Below the pieces are notes generated by a model that saw only the letters and a program-made list of their open reading frames with translations, was not told the origin of the DNA and did not search any database. A stretch of 64,000 bases of DNA from Bigelowiella natans CCMP2755. Taxonomy: Eukaryota > Protista > Cercozoa. Shown in pieces: positions 28,493 to 42,934 of this stretch. The translations under genes and the position numbers were made by a program. The DNA is taken from positions 1-64,000 of the forward strand of contig ADNK01001322.1 in the NCBI GenBank assembly GCA_000320545.1, read 5' to 3'. Position 1 is the first letter of the stretch, and every line of letters starts with the position of its first letter.

Positions 28493-29153
28493 TTGGGTAC
28501 GCAATCTTGGATAATGTTCCTCTGAATCCAGGCCAGGTATATCTTACAACATTTACCTACATTCATAATTTAAATACAGTTTTTCTCTTTCAGGAACGAT
28601 ATCACAGTCTTGCACCTATGTATTATCGAGGGGCCTCTGCTGCAATCGTAGTATATGACATCACAAATGCACCAACTCTACAGAGGGCGAAAGCTTGGGT
28701 TAAGGAACTGCAACGCCAGGTACACTATCAACACATATTTAATCCCGGTCTTTTGTTAATTGTGTTTCTTTTTTAGGGCAACCCAAACATTGTAATAGTA
28801 CTAGCTGGAAACAAAGTGGACCTAGCGGGGAGTCGGGAAGTTGACTCTGGGGTATTCTTCTTGTTTCACCCCTTTCTAATTCAAATACTAAGAAGTTTCA
28901 ATTAGGATGTTAAGGGCTATGCACAAGAGAATGGAATAATGTTCATGGAAACGTCGGCGAAGACGAACTATAACGTTAGCGAGCTATTCGAACAGATTGC
29001 GTATAAACTGCCCAAGAAACAGACACCTCAAAAACGACCTGGAATTCTCGTGGTAACATTAATTACATGTCGCAATAATTTATTTTTATATGAGACTCAT
29101 CGTAATAACAGGATCCAGTTGATTTGCAGCCCGAAAGAAAATCTTGCTGCTAA
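27747..29153 (+). CDS. RAB5: Rab5 small GTPase
   Basis: [14 protein letters not shown]|AAF, WDTAG|Q|[25 protein letters not shown] and C-terminal SCC prenylation site. The GQ codons require a 5-nt microexon at 28532-28536. Confidence 0.95.
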
Positions 29154-29319
29154 CCTTGTAAATTCTACGCTACACGAGACCTGAACCAAAAGCCCATTAC
29201 GATTGTCTTCGATTGTCTGTAGGTTCCAGAGAATGGAATCTATATAACCCTAAAAATGCAGATGTTTCCTTTAAATAAAATCTCATCGAAACTATAAAAC
29301 CCCTTTTACGATTAGTACA

Positions 29320-29880
29320 TGAAGCTGGCAACTATCTAGCTAGATAGGCATGCGCGCTATGCTGGTCTGTCTTTCTAGCTTTGCTGATCGATGCTACACA
29401 CTATTCACACATACACATGCAACCTGCTCTCACACACAAACGCGCGCGCGCACAATTATAACGTACGTGCTAGCGTGGCTCTTTCTATATAGCCCTAATA
29501 GGCTAGTAGGCTATGTAGCGTACGTCACGTATGAACGTTTGTAGTTTCTACGTACGTACACCTAATAAGAAGCATATAAGCACATATGTCACAAAAGCAC
29601 ACATGCTAGCATGGGCTGTCGACATGTGCATGCACTAATAAGTGAGCCACGCTATAACGCGCACATCTCTAGACTAGGCCTACACAAATACAGCGATTGC
29701 ACCGATACCGTCATTAAAACAGTAACGTGTACGTAAATGCAGCATGTGGAGCTAATCGCAACCATGGCTAGATATAGTAGAGCGCGATGTGTGTGTACCC
29801 GTTTCAGGCGGAGACGTCTCATAACATGTAGCATGGACTAGTGGAGCTTACTAGACAATAGACATAGTATATATTATAGT
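29320..29880. terminator. Representative RY-alternating, palindrome-rich convergent spacer (candidate termination zone)
   Basis: Between the Rab5 and Sec61 stop codons; contains CTATCTAGCTAGATAG, CATGCTAGCATG, TACGTACGTA and (CG)5. Function is inferred from position only. Confidence 0.4.
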
Positions 29881-29881
29881 A

Positions 29882-29885
<4 letters not shown>

Positions 29886-29923
<38 letters not shown>

Positions 29924-29977
29924 AATGTATCATATATACATTGTCTATAGTCTAGCTTACGTATGCTAGTATGGTAG

Positions 29978-30048
<71 letters not shown>
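29886..30048. repeat. (TA)n and compound (TA)n(TG)n microsatellites
   Basis: Seen directly, in the Rab5/Sec61 convergent spacer. Confidence 0.95.
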
Positions 30049-30049
<1 letters not shown>

Positions 30050-30319
30050 ATTAAGATACCAATCTCTAGACCTAGCCTATTTCATAGCAAGACGTTTGAC
30101 ATATATTGAACCACTGTAAATTGTCGCATGATAGCAATGACACATTAGTGTGGCCTTTATGCTAGTAGGTAAAAGTGCAGACAATTTAGCGTGGTGATGT
30201 ATGTGGAGATTCTGTGGCTTGCATTGAAGATTTACAAATATCCTACTTGGGAAAGATCTATGAGTTTTCATCCAAGAAATTGAAACCCAAACTGCACGTT
30301 TTATCTCGCCACGTTTTAT

Positions 30320-32174
30320 CTAGCTAAAGAAGGACATGGTCTCCGACCCCCTTTCTTTCTGGAACATCTCGTAGTACTGGAAGATGATTGTGACTGCGAG
30401 AAGAATTCCAGTACCAGACCCGATTGCTCCCATGAAATCCGCAACTACAGTGAGAGCTCCGATGCACATACCTCCAAAAGCAGCAGCGATAGGAATGTAA
30501 CGTTCAAGGACCTTAATGACACTTTGCTTACGGAATCCCTTGAATTCCATATGCTGGTCACGGAATTGCTTCGCAACATCCTTTGGCGAGGATCCCGAAA
30601 CTTCAATCCAGGTGATGGAGAACAGAGCGCAGGTGATTAGGATGAAAGCAAGATAGAAGAGAGCATGGAAAGGGTCGTACAGGATCTCCGCCAAAGAGGT
30701 AGGAGGAGATACATAGTACGCCAAACCACTTACTGGTACAGAAGCACCACGCTCCTGTTCTTGCCATTTTCCTAAAAGCTTAACCAAAAAGTTTGTAGGG
30801 TAGCGTTTGTGAAGCAGCTGGGAGAAGAAGTAAAGGTTGGACACCAAGGCGGTTTGTAGGATAATTGGAATGTTGGAAGTGTAGAACAGCTTAATTGGGT
30901 AAGTGGAGGAATGGCCACGGTACCTATTGCATACACAATTAGGTATTTAGCTTTAGCTTAAGCATAACAAAAAAACGACTTGTATCGAATGCCTACCTTT
31001 CATATTTGACAGGGAGGTCGACACGGAATCCTTGGAAGTAAATTACGATAACGAAGACGAAAACGGTAGCCAACAAGTTGAAGATGTTAGGAAGGTTTTG
31101 TCGGTAGAAAGCTTCATTGATGGCACGAACCTGTCGAAAAAACTAAAATGAGGACTTCCACTTCCGATCTTATTCTTAAACAAACCTTGTCTGTGCGAGT
31201 AACAAGCATATGGAACATGGCAATGATAGCTCCTTCAAACTCAGTACCACGACCAGTGTTAATAGTTGTGGGTGAGAATGCCTTCCAGATGATATTCTCA
31301 CAGATATTAGTCGCAATGAACAGAGAAATTCCAGATCCAAGACCGTATCCCTTGGTGAGCAACTCGTCAAGAACAAGAACGATCACACCAGCGAAGAACA
31401 ACTGGAGAATGATAAGAGTTGCATTTCCAGCACCAAGCTCTTTGACGTCCCCATACATACCAGACATGACGTAAGCAAGAGCCTCGCCAATTGTAATGAG
31501 AAGACCACAAAGCTTCTGCGCTCCTTGGAAAAGAGCACGGTCCTCCTTGTTGTTCTGATCGACGTGAATGATTTTTGATCCAGCAAGAAGCTGCATGACC
31601 ATACCAGAGGTAACGATAGGGGAAATTCCGAGTTCCATCAATGTTCCACGGTTCGAAGCAAGAATCACACGCATCCAGTAGAATGGATCCGCTGGTGATA
31701 AAATAAGATGCGTTTTTCATACATTAGAAGAAGTGATTCACAAATTCGTATCAGAACTAAAGTTGGTTTATATCTAAAAAATCAAAAAGCCTCTTTATAA
31801 AAGGCGTTTACAAGCCAACTGTAAAAAGTTCCTCTACCTATTTTCCATCACACTACCCCCCCCACCCCCCCCACCCCGTTCACGCCATTCGATATATGAA
31901 TGTACGAGTTGATATAGGAACTCATGAATTTCTAATTCATAGGCGGACATGTTACTCGACCTCGAACTAAATTGAATACAAGTTCTATCGGGTATGGCGA
32001 CTTACCGGAGCTAGAGGAACGAATGCCGTAAAGCGGGATCTGACAGCAGACGAGGAAAATAAGCAGGGTAATGATAGTCCACATCATCCTCTCCTTGAAC
32101 TGCACATTTCGCTCCGGAGCACGAACTTCCGGAAGCACGCACATAACGGGCTTTATCAGATGGAGAAACCTCAT
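30320..32174 (-). CDS. SEC61A: Protein translocon subunit Sec61 alpha
   Basis: [59 protein letters not shown] and [16 protein letters not shown]; 4 exons. Confidence 0.97.
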
Positions 32175-33145
32175 GACTACAATGACGCAGTGGGGGGGTA
32201 GGCAGAAAGGTTTTTTTCTGGCTTCTGTATTCAATAAGTTCCCGCAAGGAAAACACCAATAAGCAATCGCTTTGATTTTGATATACGACATCAAATATTA
32301 GAAGTCTTACAGTAAATTATAAGCACATAAAAGTATTGTAATCATTCATTTTGCAAAGTATGTATTCTTGAAACTGTAAATGAGACTCATCTGTTTAAAT
32401 CTCTAAATTTCAATATTGCCATTTTATCTCTGAATTGCAAAATAAAGGCATTCTTCGATGAAACTATCATCTATTTTTACACAATATCATGTCCTATCAG
32501 TGAGATGTAGGTCTACTGCGAGATTCTGCCAGCTCTGAGCGAAATTTTGCAAAATTTTGCTGTACTCTGTATGAACATGTATAAATGTCATCCTTTTTTC
32601 ATTTTAACTGGGGATTCGGACTTTTACGGCCAAAAGCCTAAGATATGTTTGTTGAATATGTAAGGGCAAAGTTCCCAAGGATAGCTAATTATTCCATATC
32701 GACATGATTTAAAATGCTTATTTGGGATAAAATTGTAAGAGTCGTATAACAGAAGTCTTTTCGAGCTCAGATTAAATCTGAGAAACTCTTGATGTGATGC
32801 TGTGTCATCATACCACATGTTTCAGTATTAAAATTTGTGTCCCACTATGGTAAATGTGCCACCTTGTCCTTTTATTTTTGTTCTTGCAGATATATCTTTG
32901 TCGTAAATGAAATTCTGGATTCCTAAAATTAAAATGGGAAGTATAAATTGAACAAGCTACTAGCTGAATTCGAACTCCGTCGAGATCTTTAGGATATTCT
33001 CAAGCTCCACTCCATGCTACGACGCATAACATTAATAAAAACTAGTTGTCGCAAGATAAAATAGAAGTAATGTTCAACAAGCAGGATAACAAGGCACAAG
33101 CGACAACGTGTATGACATGTCGCTCATAATTTCTTACTCTCGGCA

Positions 33146-35325
33146 ATGGCGTCTCCGTCCATCGGCACACACAGCGGCACGTAGGGGAATTTACTGACGT
33201 TACTGATACATCGATCAAATTGTAACTCATTCGTCTCGCGCTCTTCTTTTCACAGGTTTCACTGCGATGAGGCTCTGGCCTGCTTTATGCTTAAGAGCTT
33301 GCCTGAATACAAGGATGCAACAATTGTTCGTTCGAGGGATCCAAAAGTGCTCGGCCAACTTCCCATCCTAGTGGACGTTGGGGGAGTGTAAGAACCTATT
33401 TTACCGTTTTACTGCTGCAAAAAGAATATGCACTTTTTGACGATTGCATCATTCCGTCGTTGTCTTTGTCGTTCGTCGCAAGATATGACCCAAGCAAACA
33501 CCGTTATGACCACCACCAACGGGGATTTGGTGAGGTATGCTCCACGCACAGACACTGTATGGACATGATTGATTCATCGCTTACTGAATATATGAAAAGC
33601 ATCGTGAGTTATCGTGGTACTGGCAGTAGCAATAGTAAAGTAGTCAATACATGACGCAACAACCAGGTATTTGGACATGGGTTCAAAACGAAGCTGAGCA
33701 GTGCCGGGCTGGTATACAAGCATTTTGGCAAAAAGGTAGCCCATAATCGCAAAATTAACAATGTTGGAATGGTGGAGAAGTTGAACTTCTGACAAATTTG
33801 ATTACACATCAGGTGATATCTGCCATCTCTGGGATTACTGATGAGAAAGTTATCGATACGCTGTTCCTTAAAGTATATGACGGTTTTATTCAAGGTGATG
33901 GTTCTCATATATATTCAATAGAGTCCAATTTCGTACTATTGTATGAATCGGCATCTCTTTTTTCCTTCCTCCCATCTAAGATGGATGTGATATATCTCCC
34001 TCGTTATCTGATACTCCTAATATGAAAGAAATCGATGGGATTGACAATGGCGTCGCAGTGAAAGATGGTGAACAGGCTCCCAATTATCGTATTTCGACTG
34101 ATTTATCGTCCCGTGTTGGATATTTGAATCCTGGTGTGATACAACACTATGCACTAAGCAATGACAACAACAATCCACCTTTCTGCGTCGTAGACTATTG
34201 CACATTATTTATCATTCCAATCCGTCGTCTGTGCTGCTTTCCAGCTCCTATTTCATCACGCATACACTTCTTGCAATTCATCGTTATATCAAAATGATGA
34301 TCATTCCAGGTTGGAATGAAGAAGCTAGCGACATTGAGCAGAGATTCCACAAAGCTGTTGCAATGACTGGAAAAGAGCTTACGGATAGAATAATGGCTTA
34401 TAAGAACGTCAGTATTAACGGATGCGATAATTCCTATATTCTTCTTTTGCACCAGTGCTGCTGCTGCTACTGCTGCTACTACTGAATCTAATAATATATC
34501 CGTAGCATTGGCTTCCAGCACGTGATCTAGTTGCGAAAGCAATAGCTACGCGACACGGCGTTCACAAGTAAGTGTGGGAAGAGAGACGATTTCTATTCTT
34601 TCCCTATTGCTGCTTTACCGAGTCTTCATGCTGCTAACGCTGATACTGCGTTGTCGCTCATAGATCTGGATCAATCGTATTGTTTGAGAAGTTCTGCTCT
34701 TGGAAAAGCCACTTGCACGAGATTGAACAGGTTATGACCAGGGGTGAGAGAGAGGGGGGGGAGAGGGAGAGAGAAGAGCAGGCACCGTGAGAGTTCAATG
34801 GTACATGCTTGTATTTAAATTCGATCTCCTTCCTCATTAGTAACTAGCGTTGTTATTATCAGGAATCAAAGTTTGAGGTGGGGAGGGCACCACCTTCTAT
34901 TTTGTACGTTCTCTATCCAGACAGCAGGTTGCTTGCCTAGCCGCCTTTTATGCATTATACACAAACATAGATATATCCATGTAAGAAAAAGAAGAAGAAG
35001 AAGAAGAAGAAGAAGAAGAAGAAGAAGGGACTTAGGATAACTAAGGAAATTGTCTTCTAATTCTGCGGCATTTTCTTTACCCGCCGCCCCACCCCCTACC
35101 CCAACCTCAGCATTCTTTTTTGTACTCTTCAAATAATTATTTCTACCCACATCAGCGGTAAGTGGAGAATTCAGTGCGTTCCTATGCGGGAAGGGTCTTT
35201 CGAGTCAAGATTAGCCCTTCCAGAGCCTTGGCGCGGGGTACGAGGCGAGGAGCTCTCCAAACTCACAGGGATTGATGGATGCGTCTTCACACATGCAGCG
35301 GGTAAATGTATTATATTTGTACATA

Positions 35326-35370
<45 letters not shown>

Positions 35371-35860
35371 AATGTTTGAACTTACAATTTCTCTCTCCTT
35401 TTTCTTTCTTGCCTTCTATCCTACAACTACTGGTGTTGAAATGACATTAAAAAATGAAGATGCAAAAATAGCAATAATTACGTCAAAACAACGAGTTTTT
35501 GGTTTGCTGATTCACACTATATTACTGTTATCTGCCAGGCTTTATCGGAGGAAATAATACACAAGAAGGAGGTGACTATTATATGATGTTCTTGAAAGAA
35601 GTACTGTCGTAGTTTTGTCGTTGTTGATGTTGATAATGATGCAAAAAAGGCAACTTACTAGTTTGATGAGTGTGTAATCCCCCCCCCTCTCTATTGTCTC
35701 TCTCTCCCACTCTTTGTCTAACCATATATGCTATGAATACTGGTCGTATTTAGTTCTGGCTATGGCTATTAGCAGTCTTGCCTACTATGCTTCCAAGTCT
35801 GCTACTGGCGCTACTGACGACGAACAGCCTAGCTCTAAGAAACCAAAGACCTCAGTCTGA
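33146..35860 (+). CDS. MYG1: MYG1 (UPF0160) DHH-family exonuclease
   Basis: IGTHSGT|[15 protein letters not shown]|[46 protein letters not shown] and VFTHAAG|FIGGN. Confidence 0.93.
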
Positions 35861-36584
35861 AATTGAAACAATCATCCCACTGATGCCTGAACGACTCCAG
35901 GACAAGAAGTAGTAAACATGGTCACGCATTCGCCAAAGCGATGCTGTACGTGATAATCAGTAGACGAATATACAGTCGGGTTATCATGCTATTACACTAC
36001 TGTACGCGGTTAGACAGACGCGAGCAATCATGCGCGACAGTGATTAGGGCTACTGACATAGACTGTTATCATTATTGTGTGCGAGGCAACTTGCCGCCAA
36101 GTTTGCAACAACATAGCTTATTGCTGCTTTGCATAGCTTTCAGTCGGACAGACGTAGTCGTGCACGTATGTATATGCATATAACATGCAGCAAGGGCCCC
36201 CATGTACATAGAACTACAGATTCACATACAGTCTATAGTTGTTATTCGCATTATTGCGCATCCATCGTATAATCGTATAATCGACAGTAATATAGAGTAC
36301 AATCAGTGCTATAGTGCACACAGACGCAGATCGAATCGATGCCTCATTCTAGTATACTAGCATTGTATGGTGTTTGCGTAAGCGCTCTGACTCGATCGTG
36401 CTACTAACACTGGCTAGCTGATGATACGGCACTATGTATGCAGCTTGCTCGTCAGATGCTATTGCTGACAAGGCAACGCTGCTTATTAATGGCATGGCCT
36501 GTGCTGCCCTGTGTGGCGTGCACGTTGTATACATACCAACAGCAGCTCTATATCATTCATTACTATCATATCGATATGCCATCA

Positions 36585-37052
36585 TTAGTAACACACCGCT
36601 TCTGTAAAGGGCACGTTCTGCAGAACTCGATTGTAGCCGAATGACGAAAGATCAACTGTACTATATCTTCCGTCCAATATTAGTTCTGATATCGCACGTC
36701 CCACAGGCTGTATATTGTCCAAAATAATATAGAACGAAAGCAAAGAGCGAGAGTGTTTGTATGTGGGTTAGCTATACATGTTGGAAGTAAGTCATCCACA
36801 TAAACGATGTACGACAACTCATGGTAGCGGTGTTCCTCGTAGTGTATGCTGCTACACTGGCATTGTTAGTTGAGGTCTTAAAAAGAATAAATTACCGGAC
36901 AGTGCTGGATTCCGTGGCCACTGAAACCAGCAGCAAAGTATAAGCGTGATCCTTCCTGATACTCTCCAATTATAGCATTCTCGTCGAATTTGTTAAAATC
37001 GTAGAACCCATGCCAACCACCCTGCACCCTACTCACAATATTACGCATACAA

Positions 37053-37103
<51 letters not shown>

Positions 37104-37694
37104 CACACACATACACACACAATGTATATATTCACAACAGCTTCAACTCGTCCTTGTAAAGTAGGAAGAGACATTAGAGGCTACCGCACGTGTGAAGTGA
37201 GACAAACAGACAGAGAAGGGGAGAAGGGGGGGGGGGGGGAGAGAGCGCACGTTGACAACTTGCCTTAGATTCTCAAACGCTGGAACTCTGTTTGCTAGCG
37301 GTTCCCACATGTGTTCTTCAAAAAATGCTGTGTCATTGACACCCCCCCCCTCAAGTTCTTCTGCAACTCCCTCACAATCCTGGGAGTATGAAAATTATAT
37401 CTTATATTGGACATATATGCTGTTGTTGTTGTTGTTGATGATGATGATGATGATGATAATGATGATAAGTTTATGATTGCTACGGTGGTGGAGATGGGAA
37501 AATAGTTATCAAAAGAAAAGAAAAGTAGAAAAAACAACAACTATGACACGCTCAAACAGGAGCTTCAATACTTCTATACTATCAGCATCGGTATCGTCGT
37601 TGTCCACAAGAAGAATGATTGCTTACTCACCGGATCTTCACCCACCGCCATTCCAGTCACGAATAGCCCTGTTTGTGTATGTGTTTGTGTTTCC

Positions 37695-37731
<37 letters not shown>

Positions 37732-38237
37732 AGGCTTTGCAATTGATTGTTTTTAGTTCATGAAGCATTATAAGCATTACTTCCTAATGCAAACACACAC
37801 TCAAGCTTCCTCCCCCCCCCGTAATAATATCGGCTTCTCTGTCGCTGCTAATAATACTGTTACCTGCTTCTGGAGCGCCCTCACGTCGGAACCACAGTCC
37901 GCTCGGGTCAAACACCTGCCAAGCCAATCAAAAGCATGGTGAATGGTGGCGTGAGAATCACATGGCCACTGGAATTGCAGTCGTAACACATAAAAGAAAC
38001 AATGAGCGACAAAAACAGTAATAACAATAGTAATGAATCATAAACCGTTGCTTCTTCTACTACTATTACTACAACAACAACAACTACTACTACTACTGCT
38101 ACTACATAGCCACTAACCATAGGAACTCCTTCGCCTTGTGAAACCTCTGCTTCAGGGCAATGAAATACAAATACTCGTCGCAGCCTTGGAACTATTGGTA
38201 CTCCTGGTATTCCCTAAGGTAGTTCGTATCAAAGGAC

Positions 38238-38274
<37 letters not shown>

Positions 38275-40456
38275 GACTTCTACTGAGCAATCCCCAACCT
38301 ACTACTAATAACTACTACTGCTATTACTACTACTATAACTACTACTCCTACTACTACTACTACTACTACTAACTTCTCAGGAACACACAAATCCACCATG
38401 AATACACTACTTCACTACTCCTACCGCCATCTCTGCAATTTGTGCTGCCCAGCAGCCCCCAGTATTCACAAGAGCACCTGCTCCAATCACAGTGCTGCTA
38501 CTGCTACTACCACTGCTACCACTGCTGCTGCTGCTGCTAGTAGTCGATGTTGTTGGCTCCGTGCTGTCCACGCGCACAGACGATATCTTATTGCCTTCTC
38601 CTCCTCGAGAAATCGTCGAAACAGTTCCTTGCATATATAAGGCCCCAAGAGCAATAGCGTGCTTTTTGAACCACATCATCATGGAGTAAGGGTCAAACCA
38701 GCCTTCATTCTCATATCCCCAAGACCCCACAGCCAATCCGCGCGTATTCAGCCACGGAAACTGTCGTATTGTATAATTGATGCCCAACATGAGGGAGAAG
38801 GGGGAGGAAGGAGAGAAGGATTAGGAGTATAAAATAAGAGTAGGGAGAGAAAGAGGAGACAAGACGAACAGCAAGATAGATATAAAGCAAGCAAGGTGTG
38901 GTGGCTCAAAACACCTTCTGCCTCATTTCGTCAGTGGGGAGCATCTTCACCTAAATCAGTGCCGATGACAATGAATAGTGAGGCATTAGTTGGATCAAAT
39001 GAGGTTGTACTGCTGCACGAGTAGTCACACGTTAGCCACTCGCAATCGTCCGACCTCCCTCCCTCCCCAAATCTTGAATATTCAGCATGATAGTTTTCAC
39101 TTTCTCTGTTCTGTTTTAGATGATTCTAGCAGCTAGAGCAGTAACAACCATAGCAACCATGATGTTGCTGTACTGTGCAATGGCTACAGATATTATTAAA
39201 TTGAGAACTGATCACACCGCCATCACCGCTACTACTTAGTACCTACCTTGGCATTTTGCTGGCGTTGAATAATGTGGTTGGCTTGTAACGCTGTTCTGGA
39301 TTTCTCAGTTCCTAACACTAAGTATCCTGCACCGGCACACCATTAGGAAGCAAAGTTGACAACAAATGCGTGAGTTGATAATGAAGATCCAACTACACAT
39401 ATACTCACCATCAGTTATTCATTTACAAAGTGGCAGCAGATGATGGATGAATCATGGAGAAAGGGTTAGTTCAAGGCATTGGCTTTGTTGGAAGGATTAC
39501 GAATACTGACCTCCCTCCTCAAAATGGATCGGTTCTGCAACGTCTGGATCAAATTCGTGCTGCGATTCCTGCAGCAATCAATAAATTAGTAGTGATACAT
39601 CTGATACTTACTCTTACAAAATCAATATAGATCATTTGAACCATGTAATATGGATTAAATTCTAATAGTGAACAATATTACAGCTTTCAATGTAACATGG
39701 TGAATGATCCTCTTTTCTACTACGACGACGACGATGACAACGGACCAACCTTAAGGAATTTAGCGGTCATCATAGACATGCGCGTGTTCTCCGAAATACT
39801 ATTAACAAAGGATTTATAGTAATGTCAATCTAAGATTGCCTCTTCGATTACCCCCCATCCCAGTTATCAGAAGCAACTGGCTAGAGCGCATAACGAAATA
39901 GAAAGGAAAGGTTGCGGCACTCCTACATATCCCGAGAAATGGTCAACACGAGCACCCCACCAATCCAGGCTAGGTCTTCGAAATACCTAAATTGCTGCCT
40001 TATAGATCCAACAGAAAGCGGTGATGAGGCGATTTTATACCTACAAAACATCGTCATCATCATCATCATTACCATCATCATTGTCTCCTCACATCGGTCA
40101 ATGTGACAGTCAAAATTTGTAAGTTTGGATTTATGGCGGACAAGATTCGATGGTGTAGGCCATATGATAGTTAAAATTAAATATTAGGATCCATTTTAAT
40201 CAGGATGCTTGTTTTATCACGTTGGGTCCTTCTCCACTACGCAGACTTTAAGAGTTGGATCCGCCTTGAGCAAATGGAAGGCAACACTCGAGCCCATGGC
40301 ACCGCCCCCCGCAACAACCACATCGAAAGATTTTGAGGAGGATGCAGTCACTAGTGATCGCGATGCGAAGGCTGTTTTCCCAACCTTTGACAGCAATTTC
40401 GCAGTGGTGGTAATGGTTGTTTGGCCACGAAGGCTGAGGGGGATTCGGGCAGGCAT
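36585..40456 (-). CDS. FOXRED1: FOXRED1-like FAD-dependent oxidoreductase (DAO family), probably mitochondrial
   Basis: DVVVAGGGAMGSS Rossmann motif, LSVGSIRQQFS, ENEGWFDPY, YFAAGFSGHGIQHCP and VGRAISELILDGRYSTVDLSSF; Arg/Thr-rich presequence. Confidence 0.85.
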
Positions 40457-41104
40457 TGAAGCCGAGAGGTTCCGAGAGATACAATGCCCAACGCTCAATG
40501 GCGCTTTATGCACTGCGACATGCCATTTGAGACATTCTTCAGCTTAAGATGGCACCGCAACGTGTCGGTCTGTTTTGGGGGAAAAGGCACCGAAAATCAT
40601 CCAGAGAGTAGGCAGTTGCCCAGCTCGAGCAGGCACACGGAGTGAGGAATTCAGTTTTTTTTCAGGAATTTTCACAGGAATAATGCTAGTATGATGACAA
40701 TTTGTCGCAGACCGAAAGTGGCTTGCATTTTCTTCTCATCGATGCTGTGTGAAAGTATGAAATACAGTGCAATTTGAAAATAATTGCTGGTAGCTTTTAA
40801 ACATCACAGAAATTCTTTGGTCGCGAGACTCGATTCGGCTAAAACGGAATGGGTCAGGTATGTTACGACATTAACAAACGGACATTAGAATAGATAAGTG
40901 GCCTTTCCATCCAGAAGAAACGCTGCCGAATGTTTCCAAAAAAACAACTGCAAAGAAGAGGGCCGTTAGTTGCTCACCTTGCTCGATCGGCCGAACCAAT
41001 TCGAAATTCTATCACCTTCTCTGGCTCGTGCCCTTGAATCCACAGGAAGCCAGTAGGCCCCTACGTCCTGGCCGAGCGCTGGGTATTGCTACGGCTAGAG
41101 AACA

Positions 41105-41722
41105 TTGGATATGTCCAGCATGCCCCGCGCCCCGACAATTGGCGGGAGGAAAGACAGTTCGTTACCCACTCTTGATCCCGCCCCTCTTAAGCTTGCCCGA
41201 AGCGTGAACAACACCCCGTCTCTCAAATTGCCAGAAGTCAAATCATTTAAAGTTTTTCAGCGGTCTTCGGCACAGCAACATCTCAAATCGAGACGGCTGG
41301 AACCTGATATTCCGAAAGACTACAACCTAAAAGACACTAGTGCTAGCCTGTCTCTGAATTCAGGGGTGGTAGATTCAAGCAGATCCAGTTTAGTAAATGA
41401 AAAGAAAGACAGTTCGGACTTCAAATCTAGGATAAGGAAAACTGGCAGCTCCTTAACTATCCTTTCATTCATGCGAAAGCGTACCTTCAATTACGCTTCT
41501 ACGCATAAATCTATTGACAGGCATGCCCACCATCGACAGGCACATAACAAAAAGGCTCGCAGAAGTCTAACCATGGCCAGCCCCCAGGCTTTACTTTCTT
41601 ATCCTCCTGATGTGACTCCCACAGTAGATTTCTCCGCTCCAATCGACGCAAGTATTAAATCTAGTTCTCTCGATTTGTCCCGACGGTCCGAGGATATATC
41701 TCTCAGTGATATTAGTTTATAA
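41105..41722 (+). CDS. Hypothetical Ser/Lys-rich protein, main exon (possible 5' exon ATG GGT CAG|gt at 40849)
   Basis: 205-codon ORF without microsatellites, in the expected position between a divergent promoter and a convergent tract. No recognisable domain. Confidence 0.5.
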   Translation: MDMSSMPRAPTIGGRKDSSLPTLDPAPLKLARSVNNTPSLKLPEVKSFKVFQRSSAQQHLKSRRLEPDIPKDYNLKDTSASLSLNSGVVDSSRSSLVNEKKDSSDFKSRIRKTGSSLTILSFMRKRTFNYASTHKSIDRHAHHRQAHNKKARRSLTMASPQALLSYPPDVTPTVDFSAPIDASIKSSSLDLSRRSEDISLSDISL

Positions 41723-42894
41723 GTGACAAAGTCAGACTTGCTTGCAGTATCTTAAAATCTACAACAATCACCTGTTAATTAAGCGTCGCTATCTTTTTCA
41801 ATAGCACTAATGCTGGTAGCAACAGCAGTAGTGGTAGCTATCACAGTAGGTGGAGCAAGATAAAAAGGAGCTCTCAGCCGCTAAGAAGTTATTAAGACTA
41901 CTGTCGGCACAATGAAAACTAACTCCATGGAGTTGAGTCCCCCTCGAAAATGAATAAGCTTGATGATCATGAAAATGATAAGAATGAGTCTTCGAAAATC
42001 GTCGATCCTATGCTGTATGGAGCATGTGCTAAGTAATTTTTTATTGATGCAGCCACAGTGCCTAAAGTGTTTTAGCTTGCATATACAAAAACTAAAATAT
42101 GCGCTATGTGCGTATATGTTATCTTGACGCTACGATAGATGTGCGTTAGAATGGCTATTTCGTTCGCTCGCTAGCATAGCGATAGGTCTCTCGCATGTAC
42201 TGCGCACTATACGTGCACCGCCGCCAGTATGACACAGCAGATGATACGACGAAATGAACTGTACGTTGCACGCGCACGCTGCCGGAATGATGTCAGCCAT
42301 ATGGCATGTGGCTGACATTTTTGTGTGTCCAACTATACAACACATGCTCTATAATGCTCTACATGCACACATTGTAGTGCTGTGTCAGCTTGTGTATGTC
42401 ATCACCTGTACCATGCACAGCATGACGCACATACAGACAGACTCTGCGCTAGTCTGCACCACTTCTATGCGATCTAGATTTTGCGTACCGGCGCGCCTCC
42501 GCTGTAGCAGTTATTGTTAGGTTACACAGCAGTTGTACGTGGTCGTACGCTACATGCATGCATGACAGTACATCCTGCACAGCTAGCTCTAGACATGTAT
42601 GCCTATCTAGAGATGCATCTATGTGCTTTCTTGTGAACTAGCCATAGTGAATGCTAGAATGCATGCGCGCGCAGCTAGCTAGTAGCTAGCTGCTAGCACT
42701 AGAGCAGCTAGCACATGCAACGTACCATGTAGCACAGAAACAAATTTGCACAAATCATGCAGGCATACACACCTGTGCAATAGCCGCAGCCCCGCATTGC
42801 TAGATTGCTCGATTACTTATTAGACACAGCATATGTACATGAGGGTGACTGAAGCCGCTGCATTGCATAGTATAATAGCCACGTACATGTTAAT

Positions 42895-42934
42895 TAGGAT
42901 GACAATTGAAGAAATAGGATGACAATTGAAGAAA
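42895..42934 (+). repeat. Perfect 20-bp tandem duplication TAGGATGACAATTGAAGAAA x2
   Basis: Seen directly. Confidence 0.95.
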
